Below are positions 9,121 through 18,869 of a stretch of 64,000 bases of DNA, one piece after another. The position numbers and the translations under genes were made by a program. The DNA is from an uncultured Planctomycetales bacterium (GTDB lineage: Bacteria > Omnitrophota > Gorgyraeia > Zapsychrales > JANLHA01): assembly GCA_964450385.1 (NCBI GenBank), contig CAYVEC010000006.1:8745-72744 (forward strand), in the 5' to 3' direction. The notes beneath the pieces are model-generated. The model made no database searches, had not been told where the DNA came from, and saw only the letters and a program-made list of their open reading frames with translations. Every line of letters begins with the position of its first letter. The stretch's first letter is position 1.

Positions 9121-11154
9121 ATGAAAACAAGTCTTGAGTGGCTTCAACAGTATACAGAGGTGGCTGGTCGCGCGAGTGACGTGGCCCGCAGTCTGACATC
9201 GATCGGGATCGAGGTCGAGCGGATCGAGCGGGTCGGACGCGATACGGTCTTTGAAATGGAGATCACCCCGAACCGTCCTGATTGCCTCAACATCGTCGGG
9301 CTTGCCCGTGAATTGGCCGCGGCGACCGGGGCGAGGTTCTCTGGGCCGAAGATCGGTCCGCGTTCGTCTATCCGCGAGCGGTTTCCGGTCGCGATCGAGG
9401 CCGAGACGGCCTGCGAGCGCTACATCGCGACAGAGATCCGCGGGGTGCGGGTCGCGGCAGCGCCTAAGGAGATCATGCGCCGCCTCGCGTCGGTCGGAAG
9501 CCGGCCGATCAGCAACATTGTGGACATCACCAATTATTGTCTCTTTGAATTGGGTCAGCCGCTCCATGCCTTTGACCGCGATACCCTTCGGGGCGGGCGC
9601 ATTATTGTCCGGTTCGCGCGCGAGGGCGAACGGATCGTGACAATCGACGGCAAAGAACGGGTCCTGAACCCGTCGATCCTTGTTATTGCGGACGCGGAAC
9701 GTCCGGTCGCGATCGCGGGGATCATGGGCGGGGCCGACACTCAGGTGACGGACAAGACGACCAATATTCTTCTTGAGAGTGCCTGGTTCGATCCGGTAAC
9801 GGTTCGGCGGGCCTCACGGGCCTTAGGTCTGGCGAGCGACGCCTCGTATCATTTTGAACGGGGCGTTGCGTATGACACGGTGCTCACGGGATCGGTTCGG
9901 GCAACGGAGATGATCATGGCCCATGCCGGAGGAGAGGTCTCGGCGTATCATGATCTAAAAATCCGCCGGGCCGTCCGACGGCGAGGCGGCACCATCGTGA
10001 TCGATCGGGCGCGGATGAACCGATTTTTGGGGACAGTGGTGGGGACGGCTGAGATCGGCCGGTTATTTAAGGCCCTTGGGTTTGATGCGCGCACGACAAA
10101 GACTGGCTGGAGCCTTGTGCCGCCGGCAGAGCGCGGCGACCTTCACCGGCCCGAGGACATCTATGAAGAGGTCGCGCGGATGATCGGGTATGACGCGATT
10201 CCATCGTCGTTGCCGCTCGTTGCAGTGACCGGCATGCCGGTGAACCCGCGGCGGCAGATGCGACGCCGGATCGCGGCGTCTCTTGTGGCGCAGGGGTGTG
10301 ACGAGACGATCACCTATGCGATGGTCAGCCGCGAGGTGTTGGAACGGTGCCTGATGGCGGCGGAGAGTTCGGTTGCCGTTGTGAATCCCTTGTCTGCTGA
10401 GCAGGAGCGGATGCGGCCGTCCCTGCTGCCGAGCATGATCAAAACAGCGCAGTTTAATGCGAATCACGGCCGTCGAGATATAAAGATTTTTGAAACGGGT
10501 AAGGCCTATTTAGCGTCCGGTGAACACGAGCGGGTCGCGGTCCTGATGGCGGGCGAACGGGGCGATGATTGGCGCTCCCGTCGGGAAGCGCGGATCGATT
10601 TTTATGACCTGAAGGGCGTTGTCGAGCGCGCGCTTGAGGGGCTTCGTGTTGATCGCGCCCGGTTCGTGGCCGCTGACACGCGTCCGTTTTACGCGGCAGG
10701 ACAGCAGGCCGAGATCTTTATCGGAGATCGTCTGATCGGTCATCTGGGGCGGCTCAGCCCTGCGGTCGTCGCCGCATGGGGCTTGAAGGACCCGGATGTC
10801 TTTTTTGCTGAACTTGATCTCGAGGCCCTGTTCACGGTCGGCCAGGGGGAGGCTCGATATAATCCTGTCTGCGAGTTTCCGGCAATCAGCCGCGACGCGA
10901 GTCTGGCCTTGGACCAGACGGTGACGTTTACGGAGCTTGAGGCGATCGCTCGCCGGATCGCAGGGACAATGCTTCGCGATTTGCATTTTGTTGAATTATA
11001 TGAGGGGGACAAGCTCCCAGCGGGGAAAAAGGGCTACGTCCTCTCTTTTGTTTATCAGCTTGCTGACCGGACCCTCCGCGATGAGGAGGTTCAGGCCGTG
11101 CATCAGAAGATCTGCGCGGCATATCAGAGCGCCGTGGGGGCAATGATTCGGTAG
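9121..11154 (+). CDS. pheT: phenylalanyl-tRNA synthetase beta subunit (677 aa, lacks N-terminal EMAP/OB tRNA-binding domain)
   Basis: Starts MKTSLEWLQQY like PheT but goes straight into ITPNRPDCLNIVGLAREL (B3/B4) without the ~100-aa OB insert; B5, FDX-ACB C-terminus present. Confidence 0.85.
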   Translation: MKTSLEWLQQYTEVAGRASDVARSLTSIGIEVERIERVGRDTVFEMEITPNRPDCLNIVGLARELAAATGARFSGPKIGPRSSIRERFPVAIEAETACERYIATEIRGVRVAAAPKEIMRRLASVGSRPISNIVDITNYCLFELGQPLHAFDRDTLRGGRIIVRFAREGERIVTIDGKERVLNPSILVIADAERPVAIAGIMGGADTQVTDKTTNILLESAWFDPVTVRRASRALGLASDASYHFERGVAYDTVLTGSVRATEMIMAHAGGEVSAYHDLKIRRAVRRRGGTIVIDRARMNRFLGTVVGTAEIGRLFKALGFDARTTKTGWSLVPPAERGDLHRPEDIYEEVARMIGYDAIPSSLPLVAVTGMPVNPRRQMRRRIAASLVAQGCDETITYAMVSREVLERCLMAAESSVAVVNPLSAEQERMRPSLLPSMIKTAQFNANHGRRDIKIFETGKAYLASGEHERVAVLMAGERGDDWRSRREARIDFYDLKGVVERALEGLRVDRARFVAADTRPFYAAGQQAEIFIGDRLIGHLGRLSPAVVAAWGLKDPDVFFAELDLEALFTVGQGEARYNPVCEFPAISRDASLALDQTVTFTELEAIARRIAGTMLRDLHFVELYEGDKLPAGKKGYVLSFVYQLADRTLRDEEVQAVHQKICAAYQSAVGAMIR

Positions 11155-11174
11155 TCGATAAGTTTTGTGATGAT

Positions 11175-11214
11175 AGAAAAAAGGCCGCGTTCATAACGCG
11201 GCCTTTGATTTTTA
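11175..11214. terminator. bidirectional rho-independent terminator between convergent pheT and PEP-CTERM gene
   Basis: A-run, 9-bp stem AAGGCCGCG/CGCGGCCTT, loop TTCATAA, then TGATTTTTA; works in both orientations. Confidence 0.7.
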
Positions 11215-11227
11215 TCTGCCGGGAGGA

Positions 11228-11995
11228 TTATTTTCGACGGCGTCTGAACCAGAGGAGCCCTGGCGCGGCACTCAAGAGCGCAAGGGTTGACGGCTCAGGC
11301 ACGACCGCAGGATTGCCCGGGACCAGGTCTGTCATGATTACGCTTCCGTATTGGGTCCCGATCCGATAGGATTCAAAGGTGAACCCGCTGATCGCCATTT
11401 CTGAGAGATCAAAAGACATCCATTTGCCCTGTTGTGTCCCGCTCGCATACGGGGCGTTCGTGTCTACGGTATAGCCGCTGTTATAAAAAACCGGGGAATA
11501 AGCAAAGTCAAAGATCGATGAATTTGAGAACGGGGTCAGATATTTGGTCCCGGTCGGGTCCCAGTATCCAAAATTCGAAAACCGTTCTCCGTATTCCGCG
11601 TCTTGCAGGGAAAAATTAATCCCGGTCACGGCATAGGGATTTGTGGTTCCGGTCTCATAAAAGCGGAAGGAGACGATGCTTTTGGGATAGGATGTGGTCG
11701 CGCCTTCGAACCACCAGGCCCATTGATCGGTGGTGCCGGGGTAGAGCCCGCCGCCGTTGGCGTTTTGCCGGGTGATCGACAGCACGATGTCATAACCCTC
11801 GTTGTTGACATTTGTATACGTATAGGGCGTGTTGCTACGATTGGGAATGGCTGTTGGGTCAAGGCGCCCGGTTGTCGGATCAGACCCAGCCGGCCCCCAG
11901 AGAACAGGAAGCACAGCATTGGAAGGTCTTGGCATTATTAAACTTACCGCCAAGATGATCAAAAAGGCCAACAGAAAACGGTTGATAAAGCGCAT
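11228..11995 (-). CDS. PEP-CTERM sorting-domain secreted protein (exosortase substrate)
   Basis: N-terminal signal peptide; C-terminal ...VPEPSTLALLSAAPGLLWFRRRRK = PEP motif + TM helix + Arg-rich tail. Confidence 0.8.
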   Translation of the reverse strand: MRFINRFLLAFLIILAVSLIMPRPSNAVLPVLWGPAGSDPTTGRLDPTAIPNRSNTPYTYTNVNNEGYDIVLSITRQNANGGGLYPGTTDQWAWWFEGATTSYPKSIVSFRFYETGTTNPYAVTGINFSLQDAEYGERFSNFGYWDPTGTKYLTPFSNSSIFDFAYSPVFYNSGYTVDTNAPYASGTQQGKWMSFDLSEMAISGFTFESYRIGTQYGSVIMTDLVPGNPAVVPEPSTLALLSAAPGLLWFRRRRK

Positions 11996-12190
11996 AACAC
12001 CTCCTTTGTGTATTATAAAGAGAGCAAAAAATGTTCCTTTTTGCGAAAAATAGCATAAAATTATTAAAAATTTGCAAAAATTGTATTTAAACCACGAGAA
12101 ATCTGATCAGAATTTAGTAAATGTTTTTAAAATAGCACATTAAAATTTCCTTTTTTTCGAATCAAGAAGTGTTATAATAAAACACCCTGC
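11996..12190. promoter_or_regulatory. AT-rich (about 25% GC) divergent promoter region between PEP-CTERM gene and rarA
   Basis: 195 bp of A/T tracts in a 60% GC genome, immediately upstream of both divergent genes. Confidence 0.4.
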
Positions 12191-12365
12191 GGTGTGCGTT
12201 AGGGCTATCAATAAACGAACCAACACTTGTTTATGGGGAGCTGGATCTCTGAGATGGCCCTTGGGCCATTCAGGACGGCACCCACCTGGAAGCTCGGTTC
12301 GCCTCCAGTATAGCTCGACGGCATTTGCGGGGTATTTTTTATGGGCTGTATTTAAGGAAGTCAGG

Positions 12366-13721
12366 ATGTCCCGCGAGGTGAACGAACAAGATCTTTTTGA
12401 TGAGGATAGGGAGAGGGCCGAGCTCAAAACGACACCGCTCAGTGCTCGGATGCGCCCCCGGTCTCTTGAGGAATATGTGGGACAGTCGCATATCCTCGGG
12501 CCGGGCAAACTTTTGACCCGGGCCATTGAAGCCGACCGGATCACGTCGCTGATCCTGTACGGTCCTCCCGGCACTGGGAAGACGACCCTGGCCTTCTGCA
12601 TCAGCGCCAAGACCAAGGCGGTTTTTGAACGCGTCAACGCCGTGTCCTCAAATGTCGAGGAGCTCCGGAGGGTCATTGCCGGGGCCCAAAACCGGCGCCG
12701 GAATTTTGCTCACAAAACGATCGTCTTTATTGACGAGATCCATCGATTTAATAAAGCGCAACAGGACGTATTCATGCCCGATGTTGAAAATGGCAACATC
12801 GTGTTGATCGGGGCCACGACATTAAACCCTTTTTTTTCCTTAGTAAGTCCTTTATTATCAAGATCTTTGGTTTTTGAGCTCGAGCCGCTTTCGCCTGAGG
12901 AGATCGTTGTTTTGCTTCAAAGGGCGGTCGCGGATCCCGAGCGGGGGCTAGGGGAACTCCGCGTTGACGCGGACCCCGAGGCTTTGCGGTTTTTAGCGGA
13001 GACGAGCGATGGGGACGCCCGCCGGGCCTTGAATGCCCTGGAGATCGGATGCGTGACAACGCCGAAGGGCAAGGACGGCGTCGTTCGGTTTACGCTCGAG
13101 GCCGCTGAGCAGTCAATCCAAAAGAAGCAGGTTCAATATGACCGGAGCGGTGACGGGCATTATGATACGATCTCGGCGTTTATTAAATCGATGCGCGGGT
13201 CTGATCCGGATGCGGCGCTCTACTGGCTGGCCAAAATGCTGTATGCCGGCGAAGACCCACGATTTATTGCCCGACGCCTCGCGATCTGCGCGGCCGAGGA
13301 CGTCGGGAATGCGGACCCACAGGCGCTGGTCCTGGCCATGGCGGCTTTTAACGCTGTTGAAATGATCGGCTTGCCCGAGGCCCGGATCCCTCTTGCGCAG
13401 GCGGTCACCTATGTGGCTTGTGCCCCAAAATCAAATGCGGCTTATTTGGGGATCGCTCAGGCGATGGAGGACGTCACGACCCGTCGGATCCAGGAGGTTC
13501 CGGTCCATTTAAAAGACGCCCATTACCGTGGGGCCCAACAACTTGGCCACGGTGAGGGGTATAAATACGCGCATGATTATAAAGACCACTTTGTCCCGCA
13601 GGAATATATGCCGAAGGATGTTTCGTATTACCATCCCACGGATCAGGGATATGAGGCTAAGATCCAGGAGCGGATAAAGCGGCGAACTGGAGATAAAAAG
13701 CGGGGGACGGATAAAGTTTGA
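12366..13721 (+). CDS. rarA: replication-associated recombination protein A (MgsA/RarA AAA+ ATPase)
   Basis: Walker A GPPGTGKTTLA, Walker B IVFIDEIHRFNK, MgsA C-terminal domains; SD AAGGAAG then ATG 12366 (ORF-track 12192 start is extension). Confidence 0.85.
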   Translation: MSREVNEQDLFDEDRERAELKTTPLSARMRPRSLEEYVGQSHILGPGKLLTRAIEADRITSLILYGPPGTGKTTLAFCISAKTKAVFERVNAVSSNVEELRRVIAGAQNRRRNFAHKTIVFIDEIHRFNKAQQDVFMPDVENGNIVLIGATTLNPFFSLVSPLLSRSLVFELEPLSPEEIVVLLQRAVADPERGLGELRVDADPEALRFLAETSDGDARRALNALEIGCVTTPKGKDGVVRFTLEAAEQSIQKKQVQYDRSGDGHYDTISAFIKSMRGSDPDAALYWLAKMLYAGEDPRFIARRLAICAAEDVGNADPQALVLAMAAFNAVEMIGLPEARIPLAQAVTYVACAPKSNAAYLGIAQAMEDVTTRRIQEVPVHLKDAHYRGAQQLGHGEGYKYAHDYKDHFVPQEYMPKDVSYYHPTDQGYEAKIQERIKRRTGDKKRGTDKV

Positions 13722-13878
13722 TAAAAAGACAAAGTTTATGGTTTTTTGATCATTGGACAGGTGCGAGCACTCGGTGGAAAATAATTTTTTGTTGAGATAA
13801 AAAATGAAACATGGTATTATTATACTCTGTTAAATATAACTGCTTTAGATTGAAAGCCTTTGGTGGCTTCTGAAACTT

Positions 13879-14454
13879 TTGGATGTACAACAGGTGAAAG
13901 AAAACGAAAAAACAGTTATCCGGCAACGAATACGGAGTTTATTAAACAATCAAAAGGAGGAGGATCGGCTGGTCAAGAGCCGCGTGATTGCGGAGCGGTT
14001 TTTTGATCTGCCCGAAGTGTCAGCAGCTCAAACAATCTTGTTTTATGCGTCGTTTGCAGGCGAGGTTGAGACGTTTGAGATGATGAGGAAGGCACAATCA
14101 ATAGGTAAGCGGATCGCGTTACCCTGTGTCAACAAGGAAACAATGGAGTTCCTTCCTAAGGAAGTCAGAGACCTAGATCATGATTTGGAACAAGGACCGT
14201 ATACAATCAGGCAGCCCAAGACACGAACAGCCCGTGACATCGATCTCCAGGAGATTGGTGTGGTTGTTGTGCCTGGGCTTGCTTTTGATGCACTGAATTA
14301 TCGTCTAGGTCGAGGCGCAGGGTATTATGATCGTTTTTTAGCACGCTTATCCCCGAGGACATCCACGGTTGGTCTTGCCTTTGATTTTCAATTGGTATCA
14401 CGTCTGCCTGTTGAGCCGCACGATATTCGGGTGGGTCGCGTTCTGAGTCATTAG
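13879..14454 (+). CDS. 5-formyltetrahydrofolate cyclo-ligase
   Basis: 191 aa; motifs ...VVVPGLAFDALNYRLGRGAGYYDRFL; gene is visibly lower GC than neighbours. Confidence 0.75.
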   Translation: MDVQQVKENEKTVIRQRIRSLLNNQKEEDRLVKSRVIAERFFDLPEVSAAQTILFYASFAGEVETFEMMRKAQSIGKRIALPCVNKETMEFLPKEVRDLDHDLEQGPYTIRQPKTRTARDIDLQEIGVVVVPGLAFDALNYRLGRGAGYYDRFLARLSPRTSTVGLAFDFQLVSRLPVEPHDIRVGRVLSH

Positions 14455-14523
14455 CTTAGGGTTACGGGAGTTTTCATTTTAATAAAGGCAGGAGCCTTTT
14501 TGTCATCATAAAGGGAGCGCAAC

Positions 14524-16098
14524 ATGACGATGGAACCAATGGTTGTGAAGGGGCTAGAGATCACCGTGGCGTTTGTGGTTGGAGGGGGTCTGGGGATCTT
14601 ATGGAGGACCTATTTTGCCAATAAACGCATTCAGGAGGCTGAGGAGAAGGCCCAGAAGTTAAAGGAGTTCGCGGAACGCGAGGCGATGAGCCACCGGAAA
14701 GAGGCGGAGATCGCGAGCAAGGACATGTTGATCAAGCTCCGGCAGGAGTTTGAACGCGAGACCAAGGGGCGCCGTGAGGAGCTGGCCACCCTGGAGAAGC
14801 GGCTGCATCAAAAAGAAGAGAATATCGATAAACGGGTGGACCTTTTAGAGAAAAAGGAAAAGGATATCGAGGCGCGCACGGTCGCGGTTCGGGAGAAAGA
14901 GGACGCCCTGGGGCAGAAAGAGAAAGAGCTCGTGTCGCTCGTTGATGAGGAAAAGCGTCGGCTTCAGGAGATGTCGTCGATGACCTCTGAGCAGGCCAAG
15001 GCCTTGTTATTATCGCGGGTCGATGAGGAGCTCGCCCAGGAGAAGGCCACGCGGATCCGTCAGGCTGAGGACGAGATCAAGGAGCGCAGCGAGAAGACCG
15101 CGCAGCATATTTTGACGACGGCGATCCAGCGGTGCGCTTCGGACCATACGGCCGAGACGACGCTCAGTGTCGTGGCCCTGCCGAGCGACGAGATGAAGGG
15201 GCGGATCATCGGCCGCGAGGGACGGAATATCCGGGCCCTTGAGATGGCGACTGGGGTCGATATTATCATCGATGATACCCCTGAGGCGGTTACGATCTCG
15301 GGGTTTGATATGATGCGCCGGGAGATCGCGCGCATCGCCCTTGAGAAATTGATCGCTGACGGCCGGATCCATCCCGGGCGGATTGAGGAGGTTGTCGAAA
15401 AGGCGAAGAAGGACATTGAACAGAAAATTAAAGAAGAGGGGGATAAGGCTGCTTTTGAACTTGGCATCCATCGCATGCATCCCGAGCTGTTGAAGCTTGT
15501 TGGGCGGCTTAAGTACCGAACGAGCTTCGGACAGAATGCTCTCATTCACACGAAAGAGGTTGCCCAGCTGATGGGGTTGATGTCGACTCAGCTTGGTTTT
15601 GATCCGAAGGTCGCGGTGCGTGTCGGACTGCTCCATGACATCGGTAAGATCGTGGCCCAGGAAGTTGAGGAAGGGACGCACGCGATCGTTGGGGCTAATC
15701 TTGCGAAGAAATACGGCGAAAGCGAGCTTGTGGTCAATGCCATTGCCGCCCATCATGAGGAGGTCGAAAGCACCTCGCTTTATGGGGTCCTGCTTTGTGC
15801 AGCCGACGCTGTGAGCGCGGCGCGGCCGGGCGCGCGCGCCGAGACGCTTGAAATTTATGTGAAGCGTCTCGAGAGTCTCGAGAAGATCGCGAATGCGTTT
15901 AAGGGCGTGGATAAGGCGTATGCCCTTCAGGCCGGGCGCGAAGTCCGGATCATGGTCTGCCCGGAAAAGGTCAACGATGATGAGGCGATCGTCATGGCCC
16001 GCGACATCCGCAAGCGTGTTGAGCAGGAGCTTGAGTATCCCGGCCAGATCAAGGTGATCGTGGTTCGAGAGACGCGCGCGGTTGAATACGCCAAGTAA
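14524..16098 (+). CDS. rny: ribonuclease Y
   Basis: N-terminal TM anchor, coiled-coil, KH domain ([12 protein letters not shown]) and HD domain (LLHDIGK). Confidence 0.9.
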   Translation: MTMEPMVVKGLEITVAFVVGGGLGILWRTYFANKRIQEAEEKAQKLKEFAEREAMSHRKEAEIASKDMLIKLRQEFERETKGRREELATLEKRLHQKEENIDKRVDLLEKKEKDIEARTVAVREKEDALGQKEKELVSLVDEEKRRLQEMSSMTSEQAKALLLSRVDEELAQEKATRIRQAEDEIKERSEKTAQHILTTAIQRCASDHTAETTLSVVALPSDEMKGRIIGREGRNIRALEMATGVDIIIDDTPEAVTISGFDMMRREIARIALEKLIADGRIHPGRIEEVVEKAKKDIEQKIKEEGDKAAFELGIHRMHPELLKLVGRLKYRTSFGQNALIHTKEVAQLMGLMSTQLGFDPKVAVRVGLLHDIGKIVAQEVEEGTHAIVGANLAKKYGESELVVNAIAAHHEEVESTSLYGVLLCAADAVSAARPGARAETLEIYVKRLESLEKIANAFKGVDKAYALQAGREVRIMVCPEKVNDDEAIVMARDIRKRVEQELEYPGQIKVIVVRETRAVEYAK

Positions 16099-16122
16099 CG
16101 GGACCGAGGAAAGGGACTGTTC

Positions 16123-16926
16123 ATGAATATTCTCTGTGTCGGCGATGTGGTCGGGAAGCCGGGACGCGAGGTGCTTGAAGAACAGGTGCCGCTGCTCCGC
16201 GATGAATTTCATCTCGACTGTGTGATCGTCAACGCAGAGAACGCGGCGGGCGGGTCCGGACTCACCGAACGTCTCGCGAAACAGTTCTTTCGGGTCGGCT
16301 GTGACGTTCTCACTCTTGGGGATCATGCCTGGGACAGGGAGGACGAAATTGATTTTTTTAAAACCGAGCCCCGCGTTGTCCGTCCGGCGAATTTTCCTGA
16401 CGGGGCCCCCGGGATCGGGTGGACGGTTGTTCAGGCGGGCCAGGGGCATAAGGTCGGGGTGATTAGTCTTCTGGGGCGGGTGTTCGTGAAGTATTATACC
16501 GACTGTCCGTTCCGCGCTGCGTCGGCGATCATTGAGCAGATCAGGCGCGAGACCCCCGTGATCGTTGTGGATTTTCATGCCGAGGCCACGAGTGAAAAGA
16601 TCGCCCTCGGCTGGTATTTAGACGGCCTGGTCTCGGCCGTGGTCGGGACCCACACGCATATCCAGACGGCGGATGAAAAGGTCCTGCCCAAGGGGACGGC
16701 GTATATCACGGACCTCGGCATGACAGGGCCGTATGATTCGGTGATCGGGCAGAAGAAAGAAAAGATCATCCGAAAATTTTTAACGGGACTGCCGACACGG
16801 TTTGAGGTCGCTAAGGATGACGCCGTTCTTCATGGTGTTGTTTGCCAGATCAATGATGAGACCGGCCTTGCCACGAATGTGACACGTATACAAAGGAGGC
16901 TGCAATGTCCCCATGGGAAGGATTGA
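16123..16926 (+). CDS. ymdB: YmdB-family metallophosphoesterase (2',3'-cyclic-nucleotide phosphodiesterase)
   Basis: MNILCVGDVVGKPGRE... TIGR00282-like; conserved rny-ymdB pairing. Confidence 0.85.
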   Translation: MNILCVGDVVGKPGREVLEEQVPLLRDEFHLDCVIVNAENAAGGSGLTERLAKQFFRVGCDVLTLGDHAWDREDEIDFFKTEPRVVRPANFPDGAPGIGWTVVQAGQGHKVGVISLLGRVFVKYYTDCPFRAASAIIEQIRRETPVIVVDFHAEATSEKIALGWYLDGLVSAVVGTHTHIQTADEKVLPKGTAYITDLGMTGPYDSVIGQKKEKIIRKFLTGLPTRFEVAKDDAVLHGVVCQINDETGLATNVTRIQRRLQCPHGKD

Positions 16927-17273
16927 ACCGACGCAGATTTCCACGTGTGAATTATCCGTGCATGGTCACGGTCTGGCAGGCCGACGACAACTCGAAGGTG
17001 TTCCTGACCCATACAGAAAATCTTGGGGTTGGTGGGATCTGTGTCGTTTTTAATTGGCGGGTGGAGCTCTTCACGCCGGTCACCCTCGAGATCGATCTCA
17101 TGGATATGGACGACCATGTGCGCTGTAAGGGCAAGGTTGTCTGGAGCGTTCAGCACAAAGAGCCGGATTCGCGGAAGCCGGTGTCGTTCGATGTCGGGGT
17201 TGAATTTGTTGATCTGCGGGATGAGGATCGGACTCGGATCGAAACGATTATAAAGAAACTGACGAAATACTGA
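16905..17273 (+). CDS. PilZ-domain c-di-GMP-binding protein
   Basis: RxxxR (NRRRFPRV) and D/NxSxxG (ENLGVGG) PilZ motifs; strong SD AAGGAGG 16893-16899 inside ymdB 3' end, 22-nt overlap. Confidence 0.7.
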   Translation: MSPWEGLNRRRFPRVNYPCMVTVWQADDNSKVFLTHTENLGVGGICVVFNWRVELFTPVTLEIDLMDMDDHVRCKGKVVWSVQHKEPDSRKPVSFDVGVEFVDLRDEDRTRIETIIKKLTKY

Positions 17274-17275
17274 CG

Positions 17276-18547
17276 ATGATTAAAACGCGTTTTGCCCCAA
17301 GTCCGACGGGAATGCTTCATATTGGTGGTGCGCGCACCGCGTTGTTTAATTGGATGTACGCGCGGTCGCAGGGCGGTGTCTTTGTCCTTCGGATCGAGGA
17401 CACGGACCTCCAGCGGTCCCGGAAAGAATATCTTGATGAGATCTTGACCAGCATGCGTTGGCTTGGGCTGGACTGGGATGAATTTTATCAGCAGGGCGAG
17501 CGCTTTGAGTTATACAGGTCCTATGCCCGGACGCTTGTTGAGGGCGGCCTTGCTTATGAGGACGGGAGCGCTGTGATTCTGCGGATGCCCGATGAGGACA
17601 TCACGTTCTTTGATATCATTCGGGGAGAGGTTCGGTTCGAGGCCGGGACTATGAACGACCAGGTCCTCATGAAATCTGACGGGACCCCGACGTATAGTTT
17701 TGCCTGTGTGATCGATGACGCCCTCATGGAGATCTCGCACGTCATCCGCGGCGAGGATCACATTTCCAACACACCGAAACAGATCGCGATGTATCGCGCT
17801 TTGGGGTTTAAGGCCCCTAAATTCGCCCATCTCCCTCTCATTATGGATGAAGAGGGGGGGCGGATGTCGAAACGCAGTGGAGCAACGGCGGTGAGCGAAT
17901 ATCGCGCGCAGGGATTTTTGGCGTCGGCCTTGGTTAACTATCTGATGCTTCTCGGGTGGTCGCCGGGCAACAATCAGGAGATTGTGGACCTTTCCGCCGC
18001 CGTCAAACAATTCTCGGTGAAGAAGATCAATAAGGCCGCAGCGGCTTTCTCGATGGACAAGCTCCGTTGGGTGAACGGGCAGTATATCAAAAAGATGAGC
18101 CCGGCTGCGCTCGTCGATGTTGTGGCCCCGTTTTTGATCAGCCGGGGATGGATCACAGAGGATTATGATAGAAAAAGGCTTCAAAAGATTGTAGAATTAT
18201 ACCAATCGCGCATGACGGATATTGAGGAGTTTGTGGCGAGGACGGCCTATATTTTTCAAGATGAGATGGTGATCGATGATGACCTGCGGGCTCAGCACCT
18301 GACCGCCCCGACGCGACGCTTATGCGAAGGGCTGGCGGAGCGGCTTGCTGGTGTTGAGTGTTTTGTTTCCCAGGAGATCGAGGCCGCGATCCGCGCCTTT
18401 GCCGAAGAGCAGGGGATCGGGATGTCGGAGATCGTTCATCCGGTCCGCGTTGTTCTAACTGGAAGCGTCGTCGGTCCAGGACTGTTTGAGATGATCGAGG
18501 TGTTGGGGAAGGAACGCACGATCGGGCGGTTGCGGGCGGTAGCCTAA
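17276..18547 (+). CDS. gltX: glutamyl-tRNA synthetase (compact, 423 aa)
   Basis: HIGH (PTGMLHIGGAR) and KMSKS (RMSKRS) class I motifs; GluRS catalytic core; shortened anticodon-binding end. Confidence 0.9.
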   Translation: MIKTRFAPSPTGMLHIGGARTALFNWMYARSQGGVFVLRIEDTDLQRSRKEYLDEILTSMRWLGLDWDEFYQQGERFELYRSYARTLVEGGLAYEDGSAVILRMPDEDITFFDIIRGEVRFEAGTMNDQVLMKSDGTPTYSFACVIDDALMEISHVIRGEDHISNTPKQIAMYRALGFKAPKFAHLPLIMDEEGGRMSKRSGATAVSEYRAQGFLASALVNYLMLLGWSPGNNQEIVDLSAAVKQFSVKKINKAAAAFSMDKLRWVNGQYIKKMSPAALVDVVAPFLISRGWITEDYDRKRLQKIVELYQSRMTDIEEFVARTAYIFQDEMVIDDDLRAQHLTAPTRRLCEGLAERLAGVECFVSQEIEAAIRAFAEEQGIGMSEIVHPVRVVLTGSVVGPGLFEMIEVLGKERTIGRLRAVA

Positions 18548-18559
18548 CAGGGGGGAAAT

Positions 18560-18718
18560 ATGGGACGATGCCGTGTGGTGTTGATGGTGTTGTTGGTATG
18601 GGGGGCGGGGATGGTCGCCGGGTGTACGGCAAGCTCGCACGGAACAGAGAGTGTCGTGGATAAGACGCTTAATGCGATTGACCGGACTGATCAGTGGATT
18701 AGGGAGAATTTGTGGTAG
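18560..18718 (+). CDS. putative 52-aa small lipoprotein
   Basis: MGRCRVVLMVLLVWGAGMVAGC|TASS...: n-region, hydrophobic core, lipobox VAGC; ATG 11 nt after gltX stop with G-rich SD; below ORF-track length cutoff. Confidence 0.35.
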   Translation: MGRCRVVLMVLLVWGAGMVAGCTASSHGTESVVDKTLNAIDRTDQWIRENLW

Positions 18719-18750
18719 GACGCGCTTAGGCGCTGAGGAAAAGATAGCAT

Positions 18751-18824
18751 TGCTCCGTGGTGTAACGGTAACACACTTGACTCTGGATCAAGCGTTTCTG
18801 GTTCGAATCCAGACGGGGCAGCCA
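18751..18824 (+). tRNA. tRNA-Gln(CTG)
   Basis: Acceptor TGCTCCG/CGGGGCA (one T.G), D-stem GTGT/ACAC, anticodon stem CTTGA/TCAAG loop CTCTGGA, T-arm TCTGG-TTCGAAT-CCAGA, discriminator G, CCA encoded. Confidence 0.85.
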
Positions 18825-18869
18825 AATTTTATCAGGGTCGGCTCCTGAGGGCAGGGCGGATGTGGCGAG

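Noticed and set aside
8152-9567. Long minus-strand ORFs in the track (e.g. 8152-9567, 15010-16578, 41906-43138, 55976-57709, 46167-47165, 49668-50669, 52964-53621 on +)
   Set aside because: They lie entirely inside well-supported genes on the opposite strand (pheS/pheT, rny/ymdB, glnN, carB, gltB, SSS transporter). Their translations are low-complexity Arg/Pro/Gly-rich, which is typical of shadow ORFs in high-GC DNA.
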